Below, piece by piece: positions 10,036 to 19,659 of a stretch of DNA of 52,896 nucleotides. Below the pieces are notes generated by a model that did no database searches, was not told the origin of the DNA, and saw only the letters and a list, made by a program, of their open reading frames with translations. Numbering within the stretch: the first letter of the stretch is position 1; each line of letters starts with the position of its first letter. A program made the translations under genes and the position numbers. Source of the stretch: Desulfurococcaceae archaeon (GTDB lineage: Archaea > Thermoproteota > Thermoprotei_A > Sulfolobales > NBVN01); the NCBI GenBank assembly GCA_020833255.1, contig JAJHQR010000003.1, positions 1 to 52,896 of the forward strand, in the 5' to 3' direction.

Positions 10036-11303
10036 TGCATGATTTGATGGAAGTAAGGGATCTCAACGTATGGCTTAGTAACTACCACGTACTGAAGGAT
10101 GTTTCCTTCAACGTCGGCGAGCACGGTGTAGTCTTGTTAGTAGGGCCTTCAGGCTCCGGAAAATCAACTCTGTTGAAGACTTTAAGTGGTGTGATACCTT
10201 CGGTTGTTAAGGGGGTTGTCAGAGGTTTTTCTAGCCCGTCTCTGGAGACTCTTAAGAGTAAGGCCATGTACGTACATCAAGAACCTTGGTTCTTCATCTC
10301 AACACCTTATGTTTGGTCGGAGATCGTTGGCTACACCTCGATAAAGTCTTTAAGTAGTCTTAGGGAGGTTCTCGAGGAATTCAGGCTCGGCCACCACGTC
10401 AACAGGACTACGTACACTTTAAGTGCTGGCGAGATTCAGAGGCTTGCGTTCGTGATAGCGGTGAATTCAGGGAAGGAGATACTCTTACTAGATGAGCCGA
10501 CATCTTACCTCGATAAACGTAATTCCGAGACTCTAGTGAGGTTTGTCGTCAAGCTCAGCAAAGACTACGGTAAGACGTTCATCATAGTGGATCACGACTT
10601 AACGCTGTGGGGTGATTACGTGAGTGAAATACTGTACCTGAGTGAGGGGAGGCTTACTAAGACCTCGAAAAACCCTTTCGAGGAAGTCGTCAGAAATATG
10701 TCCAGCAAGTTAAGTCCCGTAAACTCGAGAAGTAGTGAATGCCTGAAAATACGTGTTGATAGTTTTAGGTTTCCTGACTCGAAGGAGCCTCTGCTAACTA
10801 ACATAAGCTTTGACGTGTGTAGGGGGGAGGTCGTGGTGGTCAAGGGTTCTTCCGGTTCCGGCAAGACCACCCTACTCAAGTTGATAGCTAGTGGGTGTCT
10901 CAGGGGTGGTGGGGTGGTTGACGTCAGCGGGGGTCGATGCAGGGCTGTCTTCGTGCCTGATAACCCTCTACTCTACTTGAGTTCCCCCACCCCCGCCGAG
11001 GAAGTCGGCTTGGAAGGCTTGAAGTACCTTAAGTATCTAGGTATCGCCAGTAAAGCTGAGACCCCGATCATGAGGCTTAGTAGTGGTGAGAGGAGGAGGC
11101 TAGCCATAGCCTCGGCTCTTTCAAGAGGTTATGAGTACGTCTTCGTGGACGAGCCTACAGCCGGTCTAGACCCGTTAAACAAGCTCCTTGTTATTGAAGC
11201 GATTATTAAGGCTGCTGAAATGGGCGTGGGTTTCGTGATAGCTTCTCACGACCCATTCGTAGAGATGATAGCTAATAAGGTGGTGTGTATTGAGCGTTCT
11301 TAA
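10035..11303 (+). CDS. ABC ATPase with two fused nucleotide-binding domains (ECF A/A')
   Basis: Two Walker A motifs (GPSGSGKS, GSSGSGKT), signatures LSAGE/LSSGE, two DEPT Walker B motifs. Confidence 0.88.
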   Translation: MHDLMEVRDLNVWLSNYHVLKDVSFNVGEHGVVLLVGPSGSGKSTLLKTLSGVIPSVVKGVVRGFSSPSLETLKSKAMYVHQEPWFFISTPYVWSEIVGYTSIKSLSSLREVLEEFRLGHHVNRTTYTLSAGEIQRLAFVIAVNSGKEILLLDEPTSYLDKRNSETLVRFVVKLSKDYGKTFIIVDHDLTLWGDYVSEILYLSEGRLTKTSKNPFEEVVRNMSSKLSPVNSRSSECLKIRVDSFRFPDSKEPLLTNISFDVCRGEVVVVKGSSGSGKTTLLKLIASGCLRGGGVVDVSGGRCRAVFVPDNPLLYLSSPTPAEEVGLEGLKYLKYLGIASKAETPIMRLSSGERRRLAIASALSRGYEYVFVDEPTAGLDPLNKLLVIEAIIKAAEMGVGFVIASHDPFVEMIANKVVCIERS

Positions 11304-11982
11304 AAGAATTGCTGAGCTCTTTAGGTTGTTTGTTTCGTTGTTGTTTAGATCTATCTTCATTTACGGGGATATTGAGGGGAGGCATGTCCCGTTCTTAATC
11401 AACTTAGCTTTGTTGGTAACCCAGGTCTTGGTGGCTAGAGGGAGTGTTGAGCGTGTGTTGGTTGTTCTCGCATCTGTTTTACTCACGTACCTCGCTCGAG
11501 GGTCTGGTAAGGTGGTCGTTTACTCTAGCGTTTTAGCGTTAATACCTAGTACGTGGTATTTCATAGTATCAACTCCTTTCACGCTGGATCTCTTCGCGTC
11601 GGCTTTAATAGCTTTAAGAGTTTTCACCGTGAGCCTCTCTTTCATCTGCTTCCTCTACTTTTTCAACCCTGTAGAGATCTCGTACTTACTGAAACTACTG
11701 CGTCTGAAGAACGCGTCTTTATATCCTACCCTCACGTGGAGGGTTGTACCGCACATAATGAGGGATATGGAGACGGCGTTGCTCGTCGGCGAGATGAAGG
11801 GGGTTGAGGCTTGGAAGAGTTTAGCTGTTACTGTGTTGACTACTGAGGAGTACGTGTCACTATATGAGGAGGGCTTGTTCAGTAAGCCTGGGTACGAGCC
11901 TTCTTACTACTACAGCGTTAAACACACGCTCACTACCTTGATTATCCTGGCTTTTTTAATGGTTGCGTGCTTCTTCACGTGA
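11290..11982 (+). CDS. Membrane protein, probable ECF T component
   Basis: Hydrophobic helices; position after the S and A components. Confidence 0.6.
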   Translation: MSVLKRIAELFRLFVSLLFRSIFIYGDIEGRHVPFLINLALLVTQVLVARGSVERVLVVLASVLLTYLARGSGKVVVYSSVLALIPSTWYFIVSTPFTLDLFASALIALRVFTVSLSFICFLYFFNPVEISYLLKLLRLKNASLYPTLTWRVVPHIMRDMETALLVGEMKGVEAWKSLAVTVLTTEEYVSLYEEGLFSKPGYEPSYYYSVKHTLTTLIILAFLMVACFFT

Positions 11983-12025
11983 TATTCCTTATAATACCTA
12001 GCTCTATTCATAGTTTGGTTGGTGA

Positions 12026-12412
12026 GTGGGGATGAGTCTGGCGCCTGGCATGAGGTATGTGAGGAAGTACGTCACAACACAACAGCACTCCGCGAGACAC
12101 GTGGGTTCGGGGAGTGTGGAGGTTCTTTCAACTCCTTCCATGATTCTCTTCATGGAGGAGACGTGCCGTGTTTTCTCTGACGAGCACTTGCCTGAGGGCC
12201 AGACTACCGTGGGGGTTCACGTGGATGTGTACCACGTGCGTCCAGCGCCTATAGGGAGTGAAGTGGAGATACGTTCAACCCTCTTGCAGTTTGACGGCAA
12301 AAAGCTAGTGTTCTGGGTTGAGGCTTGGTGCTCAGGTACTTTAATAGGTTACGGACTGCATGAGAGGGCCGTAGTGGATAGGGAGAAGTTCTTATCGAGG
12401 GTTAAGGGTTAG
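12026..12412 (+). CDS. Hot-dog thioesterase (FlK-like)
   Basis: VLSTPSMILFME, TTVG..V...HVRPAP.G, G.HERAVV. Confidence 0.85.
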   Translation: MGMSLAPGMRYVRKYVTTQQHSARHVGSGSVEVLSTPSMILFMEETCRVFSDEHLPEGQTTVGVHVDVYHVRPAPIGSEVEIRSTLLQFDGKKLVFWVEAWCSGTLIGYGLHERAVVDREKFLSRVKG

Positions 12413-12474
12413 CGACGTAGCGGTTCTGCTAGGGAGGAGTTCCCAACTTTATTTTTATTTCTAATGTTTTCTAG

Positions 12475-13578
12475 TTGGGGTGTGCGTGTGTGGATGTTGA
12501 GTCGAGGATTAGGTTGGTTACTAGGGACGTGGCTGAGGTAGTGACTATAGAGGAGTTGAGGAATCTTTTCGAGACTGGAGGGGGGTCTGGCTACTTAGGT
12601 TTTGAGCCTAGCGGTATCTTCCATGTAGGCTGGTTTGTGTGGGCTCTTAAGTTCAAGGACTTAGTTGATGCCGGGATTAAGATGAATCTTCTCGCAGCTA
12701 CCTGGCACGCGTGGGTTAACGATAAATTAGGTGGTGACATGGACTTAATCAGGACAGCGGCTAAGCACGTTGCCGCGGTGATTGACTCGCTAGGTATTGA
12801 GGGTAGGTACAGGCTTGTTTACGCGGAAGACTTAGTCAATGATTCAGGGTATTGGGCTACCTTACTCAGAGTAGCTAAGTCAGCTAGCTTAGCTAGGGTG
12901 AGGAGAGCTCTAACAATACTTGGTAGGAGATCGGATGAGGGTGAGTCGGATTTCTCTAAGTTAATATACCCGCTCATGCAGGTAACCGATATCTTCGAGT
13001 TAGGGGTTGACGTAGCTCTGGGAGGGACTGATCAGAGGAAAGCACACATGCTTCAGAGAGATGTCGCGGAGAAGCTGAAGAAGCGTAAAGTAATAGCTAT
13101 TCACACACCCCTAATACCGTCTCTTCAAGGACTCGGTAGAATGGACTTAGCAGGGCTTAGCGAGGAAGCTCTCGAGGAGCTTATGATGGAGCACAAGATG
13201 AGTAAGTCAAAACCTGAATCAGCTATTTTCGTGACAGACCCGGATGAAGTCATAAGAGATAAGGTGCTTAAAGCCTACTGCCCGCCCAGAATCGTTGAAG
13301 GCAATCCCGTGATAGAGATAGCTAAACACTTAATATTCAGGGGTGAGGAGAGGAAGCTAACCATAGACAGACCGCAGAAATTCGGTGGGTCAATAGATGT
13401 GTGGTCACAGGAAGAGCTGGTGAGGCTGTACGCGAGCGGAGCTATACACCCCCTAGATCTCAAGAACGCCGTAGCTAACTACTTAATCGATTTTATGAAA
13501 CCTATTCGTGAGAAATTACTGAGTAACAGGGAGTATAGGGAGGTAATTGAAATAATATCGCGGTCTGTGTCTAGGTAG
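12475..13578 (+). CDS. tyrS: Tyrosine--tRNA ligase (archaeal type)
   Basis: YLGFEPSG..HVG, YPLMQ..D, GG.DQRKAHM, KMSKS. Confidence 0.95.
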   Translation: MGCACVDVESRIRLVTRDVAEVVTIEELRNLFETGGGSGYLGFEPSGIFHVGWFVWALKFKDLVDAGIKMNLLAATWHAWVNDKLGGDMDLIRTAAKHVAAVIDSLGIEGRYRLVYAEDLVNDSGYWATLLRVAKSASLARVRRALTILGRRSDEGESDFSKLIYPLMQVTDIFELGVDVALGGTDQRKAHMLQRDVAEKLKKRKVIAIHTPLIPSLQGLGRMDLAGLSEEALEELMMEHKMSKSKPESAIFVTDPDEVIRDKVLKAYCPPRIVEGNPVIEIAKHLIFRGEERKLTIDRPQKFGGSIDVWSQEELVRLYASGAIHPLDLKNAVANYLIDFMKPIREKLLSNREYREVIEIISRSVSR

Positions 13579-13588
13579 TGTGTTAGAA

Positions 13589-13650
13589 GGGCCGGGGGTG
13601 GCCCTCCCCGCCTCACAATACCCCGATACACGGGGAACTTCAGCGGGGCC
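13589..13650 (-). other. GC-rich double hairpin with kink-turn-like motif between convergent genes
   Basis: Minus strand ccccgCTGA-agtt-ccccg-tgtat-cgggg-tat-tgTGAggcgggg, then gggcc-acccc-c-ggccc. Confidence 0.4.
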
Positions 13651-13674
13651 GTAAAAATAATTAGATGAGGGTTA

Positions 13675-14013
13675 TTAAGCTTTAACTTGCTGATTCTTGA
13701 GGAGAGGTTTCCTAGTCCTAGCGAGGAGGTTCGGTGACTCCAGCTCCTCCAACCTCCTCTCCAGGTTATCTAACTTATCTACTAAGTCGTTCATAAGTCT
13801 CTCAATCATGTATATCTTGCCCTTAACGTATGTGAGCTCGTCATTATAATCGTTTAATTTCTGGAGTGTTGGATTCTCGACCTGTATGTTCCCGTAAAGT
13901 CCCTGCTTAATAAATATCTTGATTAAATCTGTTACTTGAATACCCATACTATTAGCTAACTGCCGCAACTCCTCATAAAGCTTATCCGGGAGTGATAGGT
14001 GTACTGTCGGAAT
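13675..14013 (-). CDS. RHH (CopG-like) DNA-binding protein with C-terminal coiled coil; apparent ATT start
   Basis: Frame extends upstream of the ORF-track start as (I)PTVHLSLPDKLYEELRQLANSMGIQVTDLIKIFIKQGL; in-frame TGA three codons before ATT; GAGGA RBS-like sequence upstream. Confidence 0.75.
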   Translation of the reverse strand: MPTVHLSLPDKLYEELRQLANSMGIQVTDLIKIFIKQGLYGNIQVENPTLQKLNDYNDELTYVKGKIYMIERLMNDLVDKLDNLERRLEELESPNLLARTRKPLLKNQQVKA

Positions 14014-14036
14014 AGTTCTTCATCCTCAAGAGTAAT

Positions 14037-14092
14037 ATTGTAAGAGGAGTATATAAAGTTATCTTACTTTATGTCTTCTAATTGTAAGAGGA
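14037..14092. promoter_or_regulatory. 12-bp direct repeat ATTGTAAGAGGA (14037-14048, 14081-14092) in the divergent RHH promoter region
   Basis: Exact repeat flanking TATATAAA; candidate operator. Confidence 0.5.
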
Positions 14093-14158
14093 ATCCATGT
14101 AGTGATTATCTGCTGTGTATTGAATACCTCTTAAGAGTAATCATTTAATGGTGGCACG

Positions 14159-14338
14159 ATGAGGATAGTGACTTTCAAATTAGATGAGATCACTTTGAGG
14201 AAGCTCGACGAGTTAGCTTCTAAATTAGGTATTTCTAGGTCAGAGATTATAAGGTTGGCGCTCCTCAACTACATGTCTAAAGAAAACATAAGTCCTAAGA
14301 AGCAAGGAGTTAAGATAAGACACGTTGTTCTGACTTAA
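14159..14338 (+). CDS. Small RHH transcription factor, aCcr1-like (59 aa, not in ORF track)
   Basis: MRIVTFKLDEITLRKLDELASKLGISRSEIIRLALLNYMSKENISPKKQGVKIRHVVLT; MRxVTFK..RSE.IR pattern of crenarchaeal aCcr1-type proteins. Confidence 0.8.
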   Translation: MRIVTFKLDEITLRKLDELASKLGISRSEIIRLALLNYMSKENISPKKQGVKIRHVVLT

Positions 14339-14362
14339 AAGAAAATACTGTGGTAAGTATTC

Positions 14363-15031
14363 TTATTTCAACGAAAAGACCACGATTTTAGTTTCTACCC
14401 ATTCCTCTAAATCTTTTGACACGAAGTTGAATTCTTTGCCAACCCTCAGCACTTCGTATGGGGAGAGCTTAAGGAAGTGATCGAGTGGTTTGAGAGGTAG
14501 GGTCGTGCCTTCAAGCCAGTAATGCATTGGTACTACCGCCTTGGGTCTAACGCTCTTGACCAACTCTAAAACTTCTTCAGGTTCTAGAGTGAAGGTCCCC
14601 CCAACCGGGGCGAACATCACGTGCGGTTCTTTAATTAAGTTGATGTCCCGCGGGTCCGGCACCTCCCCTAAGTCGCCTGTGTGGAGAAACTTAATCTTAT
14701 CTACCTCGATCAAGTAGATGAGGTTCTTACCCCTCCTCCTACCCTTAAACTTATCATGATAAGATTCTACGCCGACTACCCTATGCTTACCTACCGTGAA
14801 CTCTCCTTTACGCATACTGAATACCTTGGTTTCCTCACCCTTCTTAACTAATTGGTAAGCGTTGTGATCGAAGTGGTCGTGAGTTATCAGCACCGCATCA
14901 GCCTTAACTTTTGGTGCGGGAAGCCCTAAGCTAGCGCCGTCATGAGGATCGATAACTATTGTGAAACCCTCCTCATCAACTAACTCGAAACATGCGTGTC
15001 CATGCCACCTAACCAGAACCGTAAGACACAC
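14363..15031 (-). CDS. MBL-fold metallo-hydrolase
   Basis: GHACF, IDP, THDHFDH, HTGD and PMHY motifs. Confidence 0.88.
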   Translation of the reverse strand: MCLTVLVRWHGHACFELVDEEGFTIVIDPHDGASLGLPAPKVKADAVLITHDHFDHNAYQLVKKGEETKVFSMRKGEFTVGKHRVVGVESYHDKFKGRRRGKNLIYLIEVDKIKFLHTGDLGEVPDPRDINLIKEPHVMFAPVGGTFTLEPEEVLELVKSVRPKAVVPMHYWLEGTTLPLKPLDHFLKLSPYEVLRVGKEFNFVSKDLEEWVETKIVVFSLK

Positions 15032-15096
15032 CCACTAAAAATTCTCTTTGAGTAAATAAATAACGTAATGAAATCATGTTGCGGTTTATTCCTGGA

Positions 15097-15678
15097 TCAG
15101 ATCCTGCAAGTTCTCACGAGTTCCTGCAGGGATGTTTCCTCCTCAGGGAATCCTATAGACCTTAGCTTCGCGATGAGGGACTCCGGATCACTTATTTGAT
15201 CCCTTACCCTCAACTCTCTTATGAACTCGCATAATTCCCACGGGAACACAACCCACTCGCTAGTCTCTTGAGCGAAGAAGTCCGGCCTAATTATGGATTT
15301 AGGCTTATAAAACAAGACCGCGGTCCTGACTGATCTAGCACCCCTTAACCTAACCTGTTCAGTAACTATCTCTAAAGTCCTTCCTGAATCAACTACGTCG
15401 TCTACTACTAAGACGTTCTTCCCCTTAACGTCGGCTGTTAGTGGTTGAGTTATTATAGGTCTCTCAGCTCTTTCCTCAATCCCTTTATAAAACTTCACCT
15501 CAACAACCCCTATGTTCTCAGTTCCGAGCATATCGCCAAGTATTCTAGCAATTATATACCCACCCCTCAAGATACCCACGATCAAGTCTATCTCAAGTCC
15601 TTCCCTAGCTATTTCCGAAGCCAGTTTAAGAGAAGCTTCATGTATTTTCTTCCAAGTCAATATCAGAAACCCACTCAT
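15097..15678 (-). CDS. Purine phosphoribosyltransferase (type I PRTase)
   Basis: PRPP motif VLVVDDVVDSGRTL; ILRGG; WVVFPWE. Confidence 0.88.
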   Translation of the reverse strand: MSGFLILTWKKIHEASLKLASEIAREGLEIDLIVGILRGGYIIARILGDMLGTENIGVVEVKFYKGIEERAERPIITQPLTADVKGKNVLVVDDVVDSGRTLEIVTEQVRLRGARSVRTAVLFYKPKSIIRPDFFAQETSEWVVFPWELCEFIRELRVRDQISDPESLIAKLRSIGFPEEETSLQELVRTCRI

Positions 15679-15758
15679 AACCTATCCCTACTCAAGACGC
15701 GTGAGTTCTACTAGAATAATCTAGGTTTAAGTAATTAAGCCTTAAGGTATTAACATGA

Positions 15759-17126
15759 GTGGGTGTTGGTATGAGCCCCACGTTAGCGGAAGCTTTGAAG
15801 TCTTTGAGGTCTGTTGCGGTGATCGGTGGTTCCCCGGTGAAGGGTAAGGTTGGTAACGTAGTGCTTGAGAATATCTTAAGGTATGGTTTTAGAGGGAGGG
15901 TTTACGTAGTTAACCCTAAATATGATTCTGTTCTAGGCGTGAAGTCTTATAAGAGTCTTAAGGAACTTCCCGAAATACCTGACGTGATCGTAGTCGCCGT
16001 CCCCGCTGACGCGGCGGCGCGAGTAGTTGAGGAGGCAGCCGTCATCGGGGTAAGGCTGGCTGTGGTGATCTCATCAGGTTTTAGCGAGGACGAGAGGTCT
16101 AACCTACAGAGAAGGCTGGAAAGCGTGGCCAAGTCCTGCGGTATCAGGATCGTAGGACCTAACTCTGCCGGGATAACCCTCAGTAACTCCCTTCTTCACG
16201 CGAGCATAGAGGTACTCCCTACTAGTGGTAGTGTCGGCGTAGCCGCGCAGAGCGGTGCCGTGGGCGGGGTGATAATCAGTGAGTTAAAGAGGTACTCATC
16301 AGGCGTTTCATTCTTTGTCAGTCTAGGTAACTGCGTTGATGTGTCTCCTGAGGAGGTGCTAGATTACGCTGCCGAGGACGAAGACACTGACGCGCTAATA
16401 CTCTATCTTGAGTGGTTACGTGACGGGAGAAAGTTCGTGGAGAACGGTCTTAAATTACTGAATGCTAGGAAGCCATTATGCGTTATTAAGGGCGGCGTAG
16501 GTAAGCAGAGTTCGGAAGCTGTCAGATCCCATACAGGGGGCTTAACACCTAGTTACGAGGTTTTTAAAGCCGCGGTCTCTAAGATCAGGGGTTACCTAGC
16601 TACGGAGATTCAAGACGCTGTGGAAGTTTGCGAGCTTGCTAGACGTTTAAAGGGCCTCAATCCTTCCAGAGTTATGATAGTCACCAACTCTGGCGGGTTA
16701 GGGGTGCTTACGGCGTCACACCTAGACTTGAGCGGTTTCGAAATTCCTAGGCCGCCGCCTAAGCTCGTTGAAGCCTTAAGTAGGCTAGGCTTAAGGAGCG
16801 CTACGTCTAACCCGCTAGACTTAGGTGGTGACACGTACATTGAGACCCTGACCGATGTTCTAGCGTTGAGAGAGCTTAAAGAATACTATGATTTAGCGGT
16901 ACTCGCTTACGTCCCGACAGCCGCTGAAACTTACGAGAAGATATCTAAAGTCATCGGGGAAAGACACAGGGATTTCGGCTTGCCCGTCATAGGGTACTTC
17001 GCCGGTGAGGGTTCTTACGAGGTAGTTGCCAGGGTTTCGAAGTTCATACCGGTAGTTTCTTCCTCTTGGATCTTAAGTAAAGCATTAATATTCATGAGAG
17101 GATTTAATATGGGTGTTGTGTCGTGA
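15759..17126 (+). CDS. Acyl-CoA synthetase (ADP-forming) alpha subunit
   Basis: CoA-binding N-domain, GPNS.G, QSGA, SLGN..D, phospho-His SHTG, TNSGG, NPLDL. Confidence 0.88.
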   Translation: MGVGMSPTLAEALKSLRSVAVIGGSPVKGKVGNVVLENILRYGFRGRVYVVNPKYDSVLGVKSYKSLKELPEIPDVIVVAVPADAAARVVEEAAVIGVRLAVVISSGFSEDERSNLQRRLESVAKSCGIRIVGPNSAGITLSNSLLHASIEVLPTSGSVGVAAQSGAVGGVIISELKRYSSGVSFFVSLGNCVDVSPEEVLDYAAEDEDTDALILYLEWLRDGRKFVENGLKLLNARKPLCVIKGGVGKQSSEAVRSHTGGLTPSYEVFKAAVSKIRGYLATEIQDAVEVCELARRLKGLNPSRVMIVTNSGGLGVLTASHLDLSGFEIPRPPPKLVEALSRLGLRSATSNPLDLGGDTYIETLTDVLALRELKEYYDLAVLAYVPTAAETYEKISKVIGERHRDFGLPVIGYFAGEGSYEVVARVSKFIPVVSSSWILSKALIFMRGFNMGVVS

Positions 17127-19009
17127 GTGACTTAAATCCGTTGAAAGCTCCTCCCGGTACGAGACTCGCTCTCATGGGTAACGAAGCTATAGCTAGAGGC
17201 GTTGTTGAGTCAGGTATTTACGTCGTGACGGGGTATCCGGGAACTCCTTCAAGCGAGGTGTTGATGACTATCCACGAGTATGGTAGGGATTTAGACATAT
17301 ACGCTGAGTGGGCCGTGAACGAGAGGGTAGCTTTCGAGGTCGCGTTAGGTGCTTCATTAGGTGGTGCCAGATCTCTCGTGACTATGAAGGGGCCGGGCAT
17401 TAACGTCGCTTCAGACCCTATCCTATCAGCAGCTTACTCAGGAATTAACGGGGGTCTCACAATACTGGTGGCTGACGACCCAGGACCCATAACAACGCAG
17501 ACAGAGCAAGACAGTAGGTGGTATGCCAAGCTCTCTAAACTGCCCATGCTATCCCCCTCATCACCTCAAGAAGCGAAGGACTTCACAGTAATATCTCAGC
17601 TTTTCAGCGAGGACATCATGTTGCCCGTCATACTGAGAACCACTACTAGGGTTAACCACGCGGTGAGCGAGGTCGTAACGGGTGAGGCAAGCCCTCCTAG
17701 AAAGTACCGCGAGTTTCGTAAAGATCCTCCCAGGTACGTGAGAGCTGGTATGGCGTGGAATTTAGAAAGGCATAAGTGGCTTAATAATCAGCTTAAGATC
17801 GCTGAAGACTTAGCGAGGAAGTACGGGTTGAATAAGGTATTGGGCGAGGGCTCTGCCTGCGTAGTTGTTGAGGGAGTGAGTTATAATTACGTGGCGGAAG
17901 TGTTGGATCGTGTTGAGTCATGGGAACGTAAAATTAAGGTCATTAAGGTAGATATGCTGTACCCGATCCCGAGAAATTTTCTGCTTAACTCTTTAAGTGG
18001 TTGCGGTAAGGTCTTAATAGTTGAGGAACTAGATCCTTACTTGGAAGAATCTGTTAAAGCGTTGCTACAAGAGCAGGACTTGAGGGTGGAGGTATTCGGT
18101 AAGTTAAACGGTTACCTACCTCTGGAAGGAGAGCTTAACACGCGTGTAGTGTCTCAAGCAATTTCAAGAGTTTTAGGTTACGACATCGTCAAGTCGTCTC
18201 ATAGTGAGGCGGTTAAGGGTTTCGACGTCCCCTCCCGACCACCCCCCTTATGTCCTGGCTGTCCTCACAGGAACTCGTATATTGCGTTGCTCCTCGGCAT
18301 AGCTAAAGCAGGTTATAAGCGTGATGAGATACCTATCTTCGGCGATATCGGTTGTTACGCGTTAAGCGTTAACCCCCCGTTAAACGCTATATGGACTGAA
18401 CACAGTATGGGAGCCAGCATATCGATGGCCATGGGTCTTAAGGTAGGGGGTTTCAGCAAACCAGTGGTAGCGACCATAGGGGACTCCACGTTCTTCCACG
18501 CAGGACTCCAGCCGTTGATTGAAGCAGTTAATAAGAGGGTGGACCTACTTGTTTTAGTACTTGATAACTCCGTCGTAGCTATGACGGGACATCAATCAAC
18601 CCCTGCCTGGGAAGTTACGGAGTCCGGTAGGGCGGCGAAACCCGTGGATATCGTTGAGTTACTGAAGTCTATCGGTGTTGACAACCTGGCGGTGGTTGAT
18701 CCTTTCAAAATCGATGAGATGATCAGTAAGGTGAGTGAGTTCATTAAGAAGCCTGGCGTTAACGTGATAGTGGCTAAAGCGCCTTGCGCCTTACTTAAGG
18801 TTAGGAGGGAGGGTGTGAGGAGTAGGTACACTGTCTTAAGCGATAAGTGCGTTAGTTGCTTAGCTTGCGTGAGGCTGACAGGCTGTCCGGCCCTATACAT
18901 AGGGGACGATAATAAAGTCAAGATCTCATTAGATGATTGTGTTGGGTGCGGTCTATGCGCTAGGTATTGCCCCTACAAGGCCATCGTTGAGGTGAAGCCT
19001 CATGAGTGA
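17123..19009 (+). CDS. iorA: Indolepyruvate:ferredoxin oxidoreductase alpha subunit
   Basis: GNEAIARG, GYPGTPSSE, RPP.LCPGCPH, GDIGCY, GDSTFFH, C-terminal 2x[4Fe-4S] domain. Confidence 0.95.
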   Translation: MSDLNPLKAPPGTRLALMGNEAIARGVVESGIYVVTGYPGTPSSEVLMTIHEYGRDLDIYAEWAVNERVAFEVALGASLGGARSLVTMKGPGINVASDPILSAAYSGINGGLTILVADDPGPITTQTEQDSRWYAKLSKLPMLSPSSPQEAKDFTVISQLFSEDIMLPVILRTTTRVNHAVSEVVTGEASPPRKYREFRKDPPRYVRAGMAWNLERHKWLNNQLKIAEDLARKYGLNKVLGEGSACVVVEGVSYNYVAEVLDRVESWERKIKVIKVDMLYPIPRNFLLNSLSGCGKVLIVEELDPYLEESVKALLQEQDLRVEVFGKLNGYLPLEGELNTRVVSQAISRVLGYDIVKSSHSEAVKGFDVPSRPPPLCPGCPHRNSYIALLLGIAKAGYKRDEIPIFGDIGCYALSVNPPLNAIWTEHSMGASISMAMGLKVGGFSKPVVATIGDSTFFHAGLQPLIEAVNKRVDLLVLVLDNSVVAMTGHQSTPAWEVTESGRAAKPVDIVELLKSIGVDNLAVVDPFKIDEMISKVSEFIKKPGVNVIVAKAPCALLKVRREGVRSRYTVLSDKCVSCLACVRLTGCPALYIGDDNKVKISLDDCVGCGLCARYCPYKAIVEVKPHE

Positions 19010-19616
19010 GGGTAGGGTAGTCAACATACTCATATCGTCCGTCGGTGGTCAGGGGGGATTAACGCTATCTAGGATTATAGCGGTTAGCGCTGTCGCTTCA
19101 GGGTATTACGTGAGGACCGGCGAGACTTTAGGCATGGCTCAGAGGTTCGGCAGCGTGGTTAGTTACGTAAGGGTGGGTATTGGTAAGAAGGTGTATTCAC
19201 CGCTCTTCGATCTTAACGAGGCTCATTACATCGTGTGCATGGAGGTAATAGAGTGTGCGAGAACTTTGAAGTACTTACGTGATGACGGTGTATTAATATT
19301 AGATGACGTCATAAAACCGCCGACATCGATGAGTTTAGCGGGTAAGAACTCGTCCTTGAAAGAGCAGGTAATTAAGCAAATCCTGGAGGTAGTGAAGCCT
19401 GAGAGGGTTGTCGTGGTTCCGGCTAGAGACATTGCTTCAGGTCTAGGTAGTTCTAGAGGAGCTAACATGGTTCTGTTTGGGGTTCTAAACAGGATCTCGG
19501 GATTATTCGATAACGGGAAGGTAGAGGAAGCTATATCAAGCTTTTTCGAGGGCAGGGCTAGAGAGCTCTCTTTAAGAGCGTATAGGGAGGGATATAAATA
19601 TTTGGATAAGCGGTAA
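19002..19616 (+). CDS. iorB: Indolepyruvate:ferredoxin oxidoreductase beta subunit
   Basis: VGGQG, ET.GMAQRFGSV, NMVLFG; overlaps the iorA stop. Confidence 0.92.
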   Translation: MSEGRVVNILISSVGGQGGLTLSRIIAVSAVASGYYVRTGETLGMAQRFGSVVSYVRVGIGKKVYSPLFDLNEAHYIVCMEVIECARTLKYLRDDGVLILDDVIKPPTSMSLAGKNSSLKEQVIKQILEVVKPERVVVVPARDIASGLGSSRGANMVLFGVLNRISGLFDNGKVEEAISSFFEGRARELSLRAYREGYKYLDKR

Positions 19617-19659
19617 CCACTTAAAACTTAGCGAGAGCTTTAGTAAGGGTTGGGGAAGC

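Noticed and set aside
13589-13650. SECIS element
   Set aside because: No in-frame UGA selenoprotein candidate nearby and no GAA/A archaeal SECIS motif
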